NCBI GenBank assembly: GCA_030650425.1
Contig: JAUSED010000012.1
Location: 64,905-128,904, forward strand
Direction: 5' to 3'
DNA length: 64,000 nucleotides
From: Candidatus Omnitrophota bacterium
GTDB taxonomy: Bacteria; Omnitrophota; Gorgyraeia; Gygaellales; Profunditerraquicolaceae
Shown here: positions 37,996 to 48,283 of the stretch, in pieces
Numbering within the stretch: the stretch's first letter is position 1
How the letters are laid out: every line of letters starts with the position of its first letter
Made by a program: the position numbers and the translations under genes
Notes under the pieces: model-generated
Told to the model about the DNA's origin: nothing
The model's input: the letters and a program-made list of their open reading frames with translations, nothing else
Databases searched by the model: none

Positions 37996-38736
37996 ATGCT
38001 TAATATAAATCCGGATGAAATTAAGAAGTTGGTGAAAGATAAATATAGCGAAGTGTCAAGAGATCCTTGCGGAGTATTTAATTTTCCGGTAGGTAAAATA
38101 TTTGCCTTAAAAGTAGGTTATCCTAAAGAGGTATTGGATAATTTGCCTTCTTCTCTGACCGAATCCTTTACCGGTGCGAATAACCCTCAACCCTTTGTGG
38201 AATTGAAAGAGAAAGAGGTAGTTTTAGATCTGGGTTGTGGGGCAGGACTGGATCTTTATTTTTATGCGAAGAGCGTTGGAGAAAAAGGCAAAGTTTATGG
38301 TTTAGACATCTCAGAAGACATGGCCAACAAGGCAAAGCAGAATATGCGGCTAGTAGGAATAAAGAACGCGGAGATTTCTGTAGGCGAATCCGACAATCTC
38401 TCATTTAACGATAATTTCTTTGACGTCGTTGCCAGTAATGGCATATATAATCTTTCTCCCGATAAACAGGCGGTGATGAAAGAGGTTTATCGTGTATTAA
38501 AGCCGGGTGGCCGGACTGTATTCTGCGAGATTGTTTTAAAAGAACCGTTATCAGAAGATGAACGAAAGAGTCACAGCGATTGGTTTAGGTGTATCGGCGG
38601 AGCCTTGGTGGAAAACGATTTTATTGATTTAATGACAAAAGTAGGATTTAAGAACATAGAAGTCATCTCTAAATGCCGCAATGCCCGCACAGGACATCCG
38701 TCTGCGATATGCGCCAACATCAGGGCTTATAAATAA
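37996..38736 (+). CDS. arsM: Arsenite S-adenosylmethionine methyltransferase-like (class I SAM MTase)
   Basis: SAM motif VLDLGCGAGLD; length, Cys positions and arsR context match ArsM. Confidence 0.7.
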   Translation: MLNINPDEIKKLVKDKYSEVSRDPCGVFNFPVGKIFALKVGYPKEVLDNLPSSLTESFTGANNPQPFVELKEKEVVLDLGCGAGLDLYFYAKSVGEKGKVYGLDISEDMANKAKQNMRLVGIKNAEISVGESDNLSFNDNFFDVVASNGIYNLSPDKQAVMKEVYRVLKPGGRTVFCEIVLKEPLSEDERKSHSDWFRCIGGALVENDFIDLMTKVGFKNIEVISKCRNARTGHPSAICANIRAYK

Positions 38737-38748
38737 GTTTGGAGTGAA

Positions 38749-39555
38749 ATGAATAAAGAAAAAGATAATCGTACGATACCAATACTTGCAAATAAATATT
38801 ACCGGAAACCGTCAGTTTTTTGTCCGGCAAATTTGCTGAAGCAGGCTCGGCGTCAGAAGTCGCTGCCATCCGGCAGTGTGCCGGAGATATGCGTACTCGA
38901 TCCCGATGGCGACCTATCTTCATATCTTCGGGATTCTTCTATAGGGAAGCGCAACCCTTACTGGGCCTGTTATCACACAGACCTTTACAATATAGAACTT
39001 GAAAGTCTATCCGTAGGCGTAATTGGGCGGGCTGTAGGCGCTTCCTTTGCCGTACTTGTAGCGGAAGAGTTATTCGCATCGGGATGCCGGTTGCTAATTA
39101 GTATTACTTCGGCTGGGCAAATTAAACCTGTCCATAAACCACCGTACTTTATTTTAATCGATCGCGCCTTAAGAGACGAAGGGACTAGTTATCACTATAT
39201 ACAGGAATCGACTTACGCTAGCATTCGTCCAGACATCCTTGCCATGTTAAATGGAATTATTAAGAAGAAACCCTTAGTTATCCAAGGCGCGGTCTGGACA
39301 ACCGATGCGCCATTTCGTGAGACAAAAGAGGCTATTTCCTTTGCGCGCTCGGAAAATTTACTTGCCGTCGAAATGGAGGCCGCTGCACTCTATGCTTTTG
39401 CGCAGGCACGCAAAAAGAAAGTTGTATGCTTCGCTCATGTTACAAATCAAATGGGCTTGATTGATAAAGATTTCGAAAAAGGTAAAGATAATGGGAATGC
39501 TGTTTTACTTCAGCTTATTTCAAATGTAATTCACGAATGGAAAAAAGCTGCCTAA
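38749..39555 (+). CDS. PNP/UDP phosphorylase-family protein (MTA/SAH nucleosidase-like)
   Basis: Family motif AVEMEAAALYA. Confidence 0.65.
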   Translation: MNKEKDNRTIPILANKYYRKPSVFCPANLLKQARRQKSLPSGSVPEICVLDPDGDLSSYLRDSSIGKRNPYWACYHTDLYNIELESLSVGVIGRAVGASFAVLVAEELFASGCRLLISITSAGQIKPVHKPPYFILIDRALRDEGTSYHYIQESTYASIRPDILAMLNGIIKKKPLVIQGAVWTTDAPFRETKEAISFARSENLLAVEMEAAALYAFAQARKKKVVCFAHVTNQMGLIDKDFEKGKDNGNAVLLQLISNVIHEWKKAA

Positions 39556-39579
39556 TGTTTTTATTTAAGGAGAATAACC

Positions 39580-40155
39580 ATGAAAATTAGAGAAAGCGGG
39601 ATGCCTGAGCGCGATATGTGGGAAAAGTTCTTTAACCCCGCAAAAATTCTGGCTACGCTTGGCTTAAATAGTCAAACAGGTGATGTAGCGGAGTTCGGTT
39701 GCGGCTACGGTACATTTACGATTCCAGCCGCAAAAGTTATTAAAGGGAAAGTTTATGCGCTGGATATCGAGCCGGAGATGATCCGCATTACTGATGAAGA
39801 AGTTAAAAAGCACGGTTTGAGTAATGTGCAAACTGTGGAACGTGATTTTATAACGGAAGGTTCTGGCCTGCCCGATAGAAGTGTGGACTATGTAATGCTT
39901 TTTAATATCCTTCATCTTGAAAAGCCTATGATGCTGATTAACGAGGCAAGACGAATCCTGAAGGATGGAGGCAGGCTGGGAATCATCCATTGGAATTACG
40001 ATCCTAAGACACCTCGCGGCCCTTCAATGGATATCCGGCCAAAGCCGGAGCAATGTATTAAGTGGGCCGAGAGCGCAGGATTTAGCAATGCGATTCAATA
40101 TGATTTGAAGCCGTATCATTACGGGATTCTTCTTAAACTCTCCAGAGATAGTTGA
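39580..40155 (+). CDS. Class I SAM-dependent methyltransferase
   Basis: Motif I VAEFGCGYGTF. Confidence 0.7.
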   Translation: MKIRESGMPERDMWEKFFNPAKILATLGLNSQTGDVAEFGCGYGTFTIPAAKVIKGKVYALDIEPEMIRITDEEVKKHGLSNVQTVERDFITEGSGLPDRSVDYVMLFNILHLEKPMMLINEARRILKDGGRLGIIHWNYDPKTPRGPSMDIRPKPEQCIKWAESAGFSNAIQYDLKPYHYGILLKLSRDS

Positions 40156-40232
40156 AAAAATCTCCCCCCAAATAAGGGGAAGGGGAAGAACTAATTGACA
40201 ATTGTTCATTTTTTCTTTAAAATAATCCTATT

Positions 40233-40460
40233 ATGAACAAAGCGAAATTATTAAAAGTCGTAAATCCCATTTTATTTGTTGTGTTTGTCATTCAAGCGGC
40301 AATGGGCCTAGTGATGTTTTTTAACCTAAATTTTATCAGTCTCCGCCTTGCCTTCCTAATCCACAAATATAATGGCGTGCCTTTGATTATATTGTGGTTA
40401 ACCCATATTACCCTTAATTGGAGTTGGGTAAAAACGTCCTATTTCAGTAAAAAATCTTAG
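40233..40460 (+). CDS. Small two-TM membrane protein (hypothetical)
   Basis: 75 aa, two hydrophobic helices. Confidence 0.35.
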   Translation: MNKAKLLKVVNPILFVVFVIQAAMGLVMFFNLNFISLRLAFLIHKYNGVPLIILWLTHITLNWSWVKTSYFSKKS

Positions 40461-40520
40461 AGGTCTATCTCTCTGCCGGGGAAGCAGGGATATAGCCGCT
40501 GGTCACATTTTCATTAAATT

Positions 40521-40898
40521 ATGAGCGTTGCGAAGGCGAAAGCATATTATACGGATAGAAGCGGCCCTAAAAAACTGAATTGCGCCCAGTCGGTAATCGC
40601 GGCGTTTAGGGAAGAGTTTGGCTTAGATGAGAATACCGTTTGTCTCTTCGCATCTTTTGGCAGCGGCAGGGCTCCGGAAGGAGAGTGCGGGGCTTTCTAC
40701 GCCGCAAAATTTATTTTGCAGGTGAATCATCAGGATAAATTAGATGAATGCCAAAATATATTCATCTCTAAGGCAGGGTCTCTTAAGTGTAAAGAAATCA
40801 GGAAGATTAATAAACTTCCGTGCCTTGGTTGCGTGGAAACGATAGCGGGATTTCTCGATAGGGTTAAGATTAAGTTACCTTATAGTCGAGTACTATAA
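40521..40898 (+). CDS. C_GCAxxG_C_C family protein
   Basis: CAQSV...GECGAF...C pattern. Confidence 0.65.
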   Translation: MSVAKAKAYYTDRSGPKKLNCAQSVIAAFREEFGLDENTVCLFASFGSGRAPEGECGAFYAAKFILQVNHQDKLDECQNIFISKAGSLKCKEIRKINKLPCLGCVETIAGFLDRVKIKLPYSRVL

Positions 40899-40961
40899 CA
40901 GGCCGTAAAATCATCTCATCCCTTCCGGATACAAAAAATCAAGGGTTATAGAAAACTAAGA

Positions 40962-41984
40962 ATGAAGACAAAAATAATCTGTACGATAGGGCCGGCGAGC
41001 AGTAATTATTCTACTTTAAGGAGAATGATGCTTGCGGGCATGGATGTTGTCCGGCTTAATTTTTCTCACGGGAATTATGCCAGGCATGAGGAAATTATTC
41101 ACTTAGTCAGGTCCTTGAATAAAAAATATTCAAGGCACCTAATGATATTAAGTGACTTAGAAGGCTATAGGATAAGAATAGGAAAACTTAAACAGGAAAT
41201 CCCTCTGGAAAAAAGGCAAATACTTATTTTGAGTAATGAGGCAGCTATCTGTGATAAAAACTCGATACCTTTTGATTACTCAGGGCCTCTAAGTGATCTA
41301 AAAAATAGTTCGTTTATCTACATTGATGACGGAAATATCGCGCTTAAAGTTAAATCAAGGGATAAACACCGACTTCAGACGGAAGTTATTGTTCCGGGGC
41401 TCTTAAAGGAACATAAGGGAATCAATATCCCCGGTATTAAGCTTAGGTTTAGCGGTTTGACAGAGAAGGATAAAAAAGATATAGAGTTCAGCGTAAAAAA
41501 TAGAGTGGATTATCTCGCCCAGTCATTTGTAAGGAGTAAAAAAGATATCTTGGCCTTTAGGGATTCCGTTAAAAGCAGGCACCCTGATTGTAAGATAATT
41601 GCTAAAATTGAAAATAGGGAAGGCATCAGGAATATCGATGAAATCATAGCGATTTCTGACGGGATTATGGTAGCGCGCGGGGATATGGGAGTTTCCTTGC
41701 CTATTTATGAAATAGCCGTGATTCAGAAGATGCTTATTAAGAAATGCAACCGCGTGAAGAAAACCGTGATTACCGCGACTCAAATGCTTGAGAGTATGAC
41801 TGAGAATTTAAGGCCGACGCGCGCAGAAGTGACTGACGTCGCCAACGCCCTTCTTGATGGATCTAATTACCTTATGCTTTCCGCAGAAACTGCAGTAGGA
41901 AAATACCCTGTTGAATCGGTGAAGATGATGAATCAGATCATTAAATTCACTGAAACCCATCTTAAAGATATAGAGGAGGCGTAA
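40962..41984 (+). CDS. Pyruvate kinase-family protein, short form (barrel domain only, 340 aa)
   Basis: Motifs [29 protein letters not shown]; lacks the C-terminal regulatory domain. Confidence 0.7.
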   Translation: MKTKIICTIGPASSNYSTLRRMMLAGMDVVRLNFSHGNYARHEEIIHLVRSLNKKYSRHLMILSDLEGYRIRIGKLKQEIPLEKRQILILSNEAAICDKNSIPFDYSGPLSDLKNSSFIYIDDGNIALKVKSRDKHRLQTEVIVPGLLKEHKGINIPGIKLRFSGLTEKDKKDIEFSVKNRVDYLAQSFVRSKKDILAFRDSVKSRHPDCKIIAKIENREGIRNIDEIIAISDGIMVARGDMGVSLPIYEIAVIQKMLIKKCNRVKKTVITATQMLESMTENLRPTRAEVTDVANALLDGSNYLMLSAETAVGKYPVESVKMMNQIIKFTETHLKDIEEA

Positions 41985-42617
41985 ATGGGATTAATCTCGC
42001 TTTTATTCAGCAATCCGGTACTTTTTATTATTCTAGCCGTTGTGCTTCTTTACTCTATTATTTTGCATGAGGTTGCCCACGGCTGGGTAGCGCATCTTTT
42101 TGGCGATGATACAGCCCTGCATTACGGGAGATTGACGCTTAACCCCGCGCCGCATCTTGACCCGATAGGCGCGCTGATGCTCTTTCTGGTAGGATTTGGC
42201 TGGGCAAGGCCGGTTCCGGTAAATTACTCCAGCTTTAGCAATACCCGTTTCGGATTATTTTGTGTTGCCTTGGCAGGATGCCTGACGAATATAGTTATAG
42301 CAGTAACGGCGTTAATCTTACTGCAGTTTAGTCTTTTTAATAGTAACTCAGTGCTTTCCGCCACACTGCCTATTGTCATAAAAATCAATATCATTCTGGG
42401 CGCTTTTAATCTAATTCCCATTCCTCCGCTTGACGGCTCAAAAATCCTGATGAGTTTTCTTCCTTACAGAGCGCAAGAGGGCTTGTCAAGATTAGAACCT
42501 TATGGATTCTTTATATTAGTTCTTTTGCTATTTACCGGATTATTAAACCCCGCGATAACTTTTATGGAAAATCTCATCTATGGGGGAATAGGTTTTTTGT
42601 TTAGTTTTTTCAGATGA
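41985..42617 (+). CDS. M50 (site-2 protease) family zinc metalloprotease
   Basis: HEVAHGWVAH plus the NLIPIPPLDGSKIL motif; polytopic membrane protein. Confidence 0.8.
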   Translation: MGLISLLFSNPVLFIILAVVLLYSIILHEVAHGWVAHLFGDDTALHYGRLTLNPAPHLDPIGALMLFLVGFGWARPVPVNYSSFSNTRFGLFCVALAGCLTNIVIAVTALILLQFSLFNSNSVLSATLPIVIKINIILGAFNLIPIPPLDGSKILMSFLPYRAQEGLSRLEPYGFFILVLLLFTGLLNPAITFMENLIYGGIGFLFSFFR

Positions 42618-42640
42618 ACAATAAATTAAGGAGGGATTAA

Positions 42641-43594
42641 ATGCGGAAAAAAATCAGGATTATTATTCTGGCAGTTATTTTTCTCCTCGGATTTTGTTTA
42701 GCGAGAGATTTTTTGATCAAGTCGTTAATCGGCACCGTAGCAACCAGCGTTACCGGCGCGCCCACCAGCGTAGGCGGCCTTTCGCTGAGTATAATGAGGC
42801 AATCGGTAAGGATATCCAACTTTAAGATCTATAACCCTAAGGGGTTTCCCAAAGATATTCTTGTTAATATTCCTCGGATGCGTGTTGCCTGTGATTTGGG
42901 AGCGCTGATCACCGGTAAAATCCATCTTAAGCAGTTAGACTTAGAAATTAAAGAGATAGGTATGGTCAAGAATAAAGAGGGTAAGTTCAACGTTGATTCT
43001 TTAAAAATAGCGGCGGAAAAATCCGGAGGCAAAGAGAAGAAGCCTGCTAAAAAGCTAGCTATGCAAATAGATGCTCTAAGTTTAGGGATGGGCAGGGTAG
43101 TAGAGAGGGATTACAGCGGCCAAGGCCAGCCTGTTGTTAAAGTCTATGATATAAATTTGAAGAAGAGCTATAAGAATATCACTAGCGCGCAGCAACTCGC
43201 TGCTTTAATTATATCTGAGCCATTGAAGGCGGCGGGGATCCAGGGGTTGAAAGTGTATGGGGTTTCTATGCTTGCCGGTGTAGCGGCTTTACCGGTTACG
43301 GCTGCCTTTACCTTTACCGGTAAAGATTACGCTCAGGAAACCTTCAATGTTACAGAGGAAAGAGTTTATGAAGCCGGTTTACAGGCGATCAAACTGGCAG
43401 GCAGAGTTATGCTGGAAAATAAAGGGAACGGGTTTATTAGAGCGGAGGTTAACGGAGCGCGGGTAAACTTTAAACTAAGAAAGCTTTCTGCAAAGTCTAT
43501 TCAGGTTACTATCTCCGCGCGCAAATTCGGCCTTCCTCAACCCGAGATAGCCTCTGGAATTATGTATCGCTTGAGCGAACAGCTAAAACATTAA
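42641..43594 (+). CDS. Hypothetical exported or membrane-anchored protein
   Basis: N-terminal hydrophobic segment; no motif recognised. Confidence 0.35.
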   Translation: MRKKIRIIILAVIFLLGFCLARDFLIKSLIGTVATSVTGAPTSVGGLSLSIMRQSVRISNFKIYNPKGFPKDILVNIPRMRVACDLGALITGKIHLKQLDLEIKEIGMVKNKEGKFNVDSLKIAAEKSGGKEKKPAKKLAMQIDALSLGMGRVVERDYSGQGQPVVKVYDINLKKSYKNITSAQQLAALIISEPLKAAGIQGLKVYGVSMLAGVAALPVTAAFTFTGKDYAQETFNVTEERVYEAGLQAIKLAGRVMLENKGNGFIRAEVNGARVNFKLRKLSAKSIQVTISARKFGLPQPEIASGIMYRLSEQLKH

Positions 43595-43651
43595 AACGAT
43601 TAAGACTTAAAGAGATCTTTTGGGGCGAGGAAGCATTAAGTAACCAAATTT

Positions 43652-45586
43652 ATGCTAAAAATCATCTGCTTCATTGCTGCGTTACTATTTAGTTCTCTAG
43701 CCACCACAGTTGTTTATCATAAAACTCAACAATCCGATATCTATTATTTTCAGGGTCACAGGTTTTTCAATGCCGGAAACTTTGATCAAGCCATAATTTT
43801 CTCTAAAAAAAGCCTGGCCATCAGGCCCCGTCGTTTGGACGCCTTAAAAGACGCGGCCTATTCCTGCCAGTGGACAGGAAGGCATAAGGAAGCGATAGAA
43901 TATTTCCGTACAATCCTTTCCATCAATCCAAAAGATATCCAAGTAAAAGAATCACTCGCCCTTACGCTTGCCTGGGAAAAACAATACGTCGAAGCTATAA
44001 ATATCTACCGGGACATAATCAAAACAACGGGGAATTATGGATTAAGAACGCGCCTTGCGGAGGTATTAATCTGGAATAAAGAGTTTGACAAGGCAGAGGT
44101 TTTATTGCGGGATATCCTTTGGAATAAGCCTCGCGACCTAGAGAGTATGATTAACCTCGCGGATATATTAAGCTGGCAGGGTAAATACGCCCAGGCAATA
44201 AAAAAATATACAAGGGCGCTGGTACTTTGTTCGGATAACCCGGATACCCAGATTTATTTGGAGGTAAAAAGGAAATTGGCTGATGTTTTATCGTGGGATA
44301 AGCAATATAAAAGAGCAATAGCTATCTACGATGAATTGATCAGAACAAAAGAAGATAAACAAGCGTGGCTGCAGAAAGCCCGTGTTCTGGGTTGGCAAAG
44401 GAGATATGTTGAGGCGGCTAACGCATATCAGGAGCTACTCGAGAAAACGGGCGATCCCCTGGTTGCGCTGGAGATGAAAGCAAAACAAGCGTATTGGGAT
44501 AGCCGAGTCAAGGGGGCGATAGATGATTACGCGAAACTGATTTCCTTGGATCCTAAAAATGAAGAAGCGATGTTTGATTTATCCCAAATTTATTCCTATC
44601 AATCGAAGTGGAAAGAGGCGATTGGAGAATATGGTAGGATACTTAATTTGACCCCGACCCATTTTAGGGCAAAAGAAGGCCTTAAAAAGGCCGGGCTTAT
44701 TTCTTCTCATCAATCACTTAAATCAGGATATGAATTCTATGAAGCGGATAGCTCTGCGAGAATGGACGATCTTAAAAGGCATTCATTCTTTAATAAATTT
44801 GTTTATCCGCTAGATCACCATCTTACATTTAATTTAGATTATAGATTAACTAACCGCCTGTTTAGCGATTTCGCCGATGTCTTGGAAAACGAAGGAAGGC
44901 TTAAGCTGGTGTATCTAAATAATCCCGATTGGCGGGCCGACGCATTTTACGATCTTGTTCTTTATAATAAGGATATCGATGCGATGCATACTTTTGGGAC
45001 AAGTTATAGTTTCAGATTTTTTGACAGGAATACCGCTAACTTTTCTTATGAGAGGAAGCGTCTTGAGAATAATAGCACGGTGATCAGAGAGCATTTTTAC
45101 GGCGATAACTTTAAGGGGCGTTTTGATATCGACATAAATAAAAGAATGAAATTGGGGGCGGATTATTTATTTACAAATTACTCCGACGGCAACAATAATC
45201 AAGAACCCGGGATAGACCTGCTTTATCATATCTTCCTTGAGCCTAAATCTCTGGCTTTAAGATACAGATATTTCTATCAGAATTTTTTGCATAAGGTAAG
45301 CGAATATTTTTCGCCCAAAGGTTTTTCCACAAATGCCTTAAAAATTGCCTGGCGCCATTTCCTGAATAAAGAAGAGATATTCTTTGGCGGCAATGACTTA
45401 TATTACGATTTAGCATATGAAGTTAGCGCCGATTCCACAGGCTTAGTCTTTCATAATTTTAGCGCCGAATTCAACTGGGATATTAATAAGAGGCTGAATC
45501 TGAATATTAAAGGTTCGGATACTCAATCAAGCGCAAACGTTTATAGAGACAGAAATATTATGGCTTCATTGAATTATTATTTTTAA
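43652..45586 (+). CDS. TPR-repeat protein with C-terminal beta-barrel (PgaA/BcsC-like EPS export component)
   Basis: Several N-terminal TPR units; C-terminal alternating-hydrophobic strands ending in the aromatic residue ...NYYF. Confidence 0.55.
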   Translation: MLKIICFIAALLFSSLATTVVYHKTQQSDIYYFQGHRFFNAGNFDQAIIFSKKSLAIRPRRLDALKDAAYSCQWTGRHKEAIEYFRTILSINPKDIQVKESLALTLAWEKQYVEAINIYRDIIKTTGNYGLRTRLAEVLIWNKEFDKAEVLLRDILWNKPRDLESMINLADILSWQGKYAQAIKKYTRALVLCSDNPDTQIYLEVKRKLADVLSWDKQYKRAIAIYDELIRTKEDKQAWLQKARVLGWQRRYVEAANAYQELLEKTGDPLVALEMKAKQAYWDSRVKGAIDDYAKLISLDPKNEEAMFDLSQIYSYQSKWKEAIGEYGRILNLTPTHFRAKEGLKKAGLISSHQSLKSGYEFYEADSSARMDDLKRHSFFNKFVYPLDHHLTFNLDYRLTNRLFSDFADVLENEGRLKLVYLNNPDWRADAFYDLVLYNKDIDAMHTFGTSYSFRFFDRNTANFSYERKRLENNSTVIREHFYGDNFKGRFDIDINKRMKLGADYLFTNYSDGNNNQEPGIDLLYHIFLEPKSLALRYRYFYQNFLHKVSEYFSPKGFSTNALKIAWRHFLNKEEIFFGGNDLYYDLAYEVSADSTGLVFHNFSAEFNWDINKRLNLNIKGSDTQSSANVYRDRNIMASLNYYF

Positions 45587-45589
45587 AAG

Positions 45590-47104
45590 ATGAGCTTAAG
45601 AAAAATAGCTAAATATGAAACCCTGGCGTTGTTTGCGATAGTCTCTATTATTGTTTATATCATTGTTAGGGGGACACTGCTCTTTTTTGCCGAATACAAC
45701 TCAATAGAAAAAGTCATGGCGATTATCTTGATCTGCGGTGAGCTTTTTGTAATAATCCATGGGCTGGGTTATACTTTAAATATTTTAAGAATATTAAAAA
45801 ATCCATCAAACCCGGAAACGCAAACGAGTCTCCTGAAAGAGGAGCCAACTGTGGCTGTACTGGTTGCCGCGAGGAATGAGCCAAGAGAGGTTTTAGAAGA
45901 GACGTTTATTACGCTGAATAATTTGAATTATAGGAATAAAATCATCTATTTCCTGGATGATAGTTCGGATGAAAAGTTTAGGCAAGAGGCGGATAGGCTA
46001 AGCAGGGAGTACAATCTTACTATTTTTAGGCGAAGCCAAAGGCGCGGGGCAAAGGCGGGTATTATCAATGATTGCCTGAAGACCTTGACTCAGGAATATG
46101 TGGCTGTTTTTGATGCTGACCAAAACCCGATCCCGGAGTTTTTAAATGCGGTTATGCCTCTCTTAGAAAATAATAAAAATCTGGGTTTTGTGCAGACCCC
46201 GCAATTCTATACAAATATAGAGAAGGGCAGGGTGGCCAGAGCGGCCGCGCTTCAGCAGGCGGTGTTTTATGAATATATATGCGAAGGCAAGAGCGAAGGC
46301 GGATCAATGTTTTGTTGCGGGACCAATGTCATCTTCCGGCGCAAGGCGCTTTTGGATGTTGGCGGTTTGGATGAATCTACCGTTACCGAAGACTTCGCGA
46401 CTTCCGTTAAGCTGCATGCAAAAGGCTGGAAATCGCTTTATTTTAATCACGTGTACGCCTTTGGTATGGGGCCGGAGGACCTCGCAAGCTATTTTAAACA
46501 ACAGTTCAGATGGGCGGTAGGGACGATTTCGGTTTTTAAGCAGGTGATTTGGAAATTTCTGACCAAGCCAAATTCATTGAAGCCTTTACAATGGTGGGAG
46601 TATTTCTTATCCAGTTCTTATTATCTAGTAGGTATTGCCTACTTGATTATGATTATCTGCCCGGTGATTTATTTATTATTCAGGATACCCTCTTTTTTTG
46701 CCAGTCCTGAAATATATTTTCTGGCCTTTCTGCCCTACATAATCTTTTCGACGGGTGTTTTTTATGTTGTGCTTAGAGGTAGGCAATATAAAATGAAAGA
46801 TTTATTTCTCGGCCAGTTATTAGGCGAGATTACCATTCCGGTTTATATACAGGCAGCGATTTCGGCTATACTGGGCAGCAAAATTACCTTCGGGGTCACC
46901 GGAAAAAACAATGCCAAAGCGATATCTTGCCTAAGGCTATGGCCGCAATTTACCCTGGTCTTTTTGTGTTTTATCGCGGTTATCTGGGGATTAAACAGGT
47001 TTATTTATGAAAGAGAGGCCGCAATCTTGGTAAATAGCTTCTGGACAATGTATCATTGTATTATCCTCTCTAGCGTATTTTATTTTAATCAGGAGGCCGG
47101 ATGA
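45590..47104 (+). CDS. Processive family-2 glycosyltransferase (cellulose/PNAG/hyaluronan-synthase-like EPS synthase)
   Basis: Motifs DDSSDE, FDADQNP, QTPQFY, and QQFRWAVG (QxxRW); N- and C-terminal TM helices. Confidence 0.8.
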   Translation: MSLRKIAKYETLALFAIVSIIVYIIVRGTLLFFAEYNSIEKVMAIILICGELFVIIHGLGYTLNILRILKNPSNPETQTSLLKEEPTVAVLVAARNEPREVLEETFITLNNLNYRNKIIYFLDDSSDEKFRQEADRLSREYNLTIFRRSQRRGAKAGIINDCLKTLTQEYVAVFDADQNPIPEFLNAVMPLLENNKNLGFVQTPQFYTNIEKGRVARAAALQQAVFYEYICEGKSEGGSMFCCGTNVIFRRKALLDVGGLDESTVTEDFATSVKLHAKGWKSLYFNHVYAFGMGPEDLASYFKQQFRWAVGTISVFKQVIWKFLTKPNSLKPLQWWEYFLSSSYYLVGIAYLIMIICPVIYLLFRIPSFFASPEIYFLAFLPYIIFSTGVFYVVLRGRQYKMKDLFLGQLLGEITIPVYIQAAISAILGSKITFGVTGKNNAKAISCLRLWPQFTLVFLCFIAVIWGLNRFIYEREAAILVNSFWTMYHCIILSSVFYFNQEAG

Positions 47105-48051
47105 AATATTGTTTACGCATAGCCGTATTTATTTTATTTCTAATAACAATATTTCCCTATCATGCGCGCGCCGAAGTAAATAAATCCTCTTGTTTTACCG
47201 GAGCTTTTTTAAGCGATAATCCCTCCAGTGAAGATATTCGTTATTTTAAGCATAGTTATGGGAAGAATCCATTTCTGGTGATGATCTTTATTGATTGGAA
47301 TAAGCCATTGCTTGCTAAAATAGTTCAGGACGTCTATGGAGAAAACTGCGTTTTGTTCATCACTTGGGAGCCGTGGGATGCCCTTAAGCAGACGGGTATC
47401 GATTATAACGCTTTAATTAACGGTAAATACGATAAATATATTACTGATTTCGCTTTGAGCCTAAAGAAAATTGATGAAGTTGTTTTTTTAAGATTTGCCC
47501 ATGAGGCAAACGGAGACTGGTATCCTTGGTCCGCAAAGAAGATAGGCAAAGAGAGCTACATTCAACTTTATAGGCATGTAAAGGATATTTTTGATCAGCA
47601 TAATCTAAATAAGGTGAAATGGATTTTTTCGGTAAATTGGGAGGATGTGCCTAAAGAGCAGAATGATTTTATGCTGTATTATCCCGGAGATAAATATGTG
47701 GATTATGCGGCTATTGATGGCTATAATTGGGGTAGAACTAAGCCGTGGAGTAAATGGATGAGTTTCCGGGAAATCTTCGTAAATAGATACAATGAAATTA
47801 CCAAGCATACGAATAAACCCGTGTTGATTTCAGAGTTCAGCTCAACAGCCAGCGGAGGGGATAAGGCTGTCTGGATAAGAGAGGCAATGCAAACGATTAA
47901 GGAGATGCCGGCGTTACGTGGATTTATCATTTTTAATCTGGAAAAGGAAAGAGATTGGAGTTTCCCTCCGGAAAGCAGTTACGGGAAAGAACTTAAGACA
48001 CAATTACGGGATGCATATTTTGTAGATAAGAAGGCGGGCTTATATGATTAA
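47101..48051 (+). CDS. Secreted GH26-like glycoside hydrolase
   Basis: RFAHEANGDWYPW (GH26 acid/base region); ISEFSS (nucleophile region); signal peptide. Confidence 0.6.
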   Translation: MKYCLRIAVFILFLITIFPYHARAEVNKSSCFTGAFLSDNPSSEDIRYFKHSYGKNPFLVMIFIDWNKPLLAKIVQDVYGENCVLFITWEPWDALKQTGIDYNALINGKYDKYITDFALSLKKIDEVVFLRFAHEANGDWYPWSAKKIGKESYIQLYRHVKDIFDQHNLNKVKWIFSVNWEDVPKEQNDFMLYYPGDKYVDYAAIDGYNWGRTKPWSKWMSFREIFVNRYNEITKHTNKPVLISEFSSTASGGDKAVWIREAMQTIKEMPALRGFIIFNLEKERDWSFPPESSYGKELKTQLRDAYFVDKKAGLYD

Positions 48052-48283
48052 GAAAGATGAATTGATTACTCTTTTAAGAAAAGGCTTGGATATGGAAGAG
48101 AAGGGTATTCCTATCTATGCGAGGCATATAGATAAGATTATCTTTCTTTCGGGGTTAAGCCAAGAAGATCAGGAAAAGATTAAAAGCACTTTGATGACTT
48201 TAAAGCAAGATTCAGAGGGCCATAAGATTATATTCCAAGAGTTGATTAATAAGATAACGGAGTCAACCCGCAATGTTTTCTAA
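48044..48283 (+). CDS. Small hypothetical protein
   Basis: 79-aa ORF, translationally coupled to its neighbours. Confidence 0.3.
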   Translation: MIKKDELITLLRKGLDMEEKGIPIYARHIDKIIFLSGLSQEDQEKIKSTLMTLKQDSEGHKIIFQELINKITESTRNVF

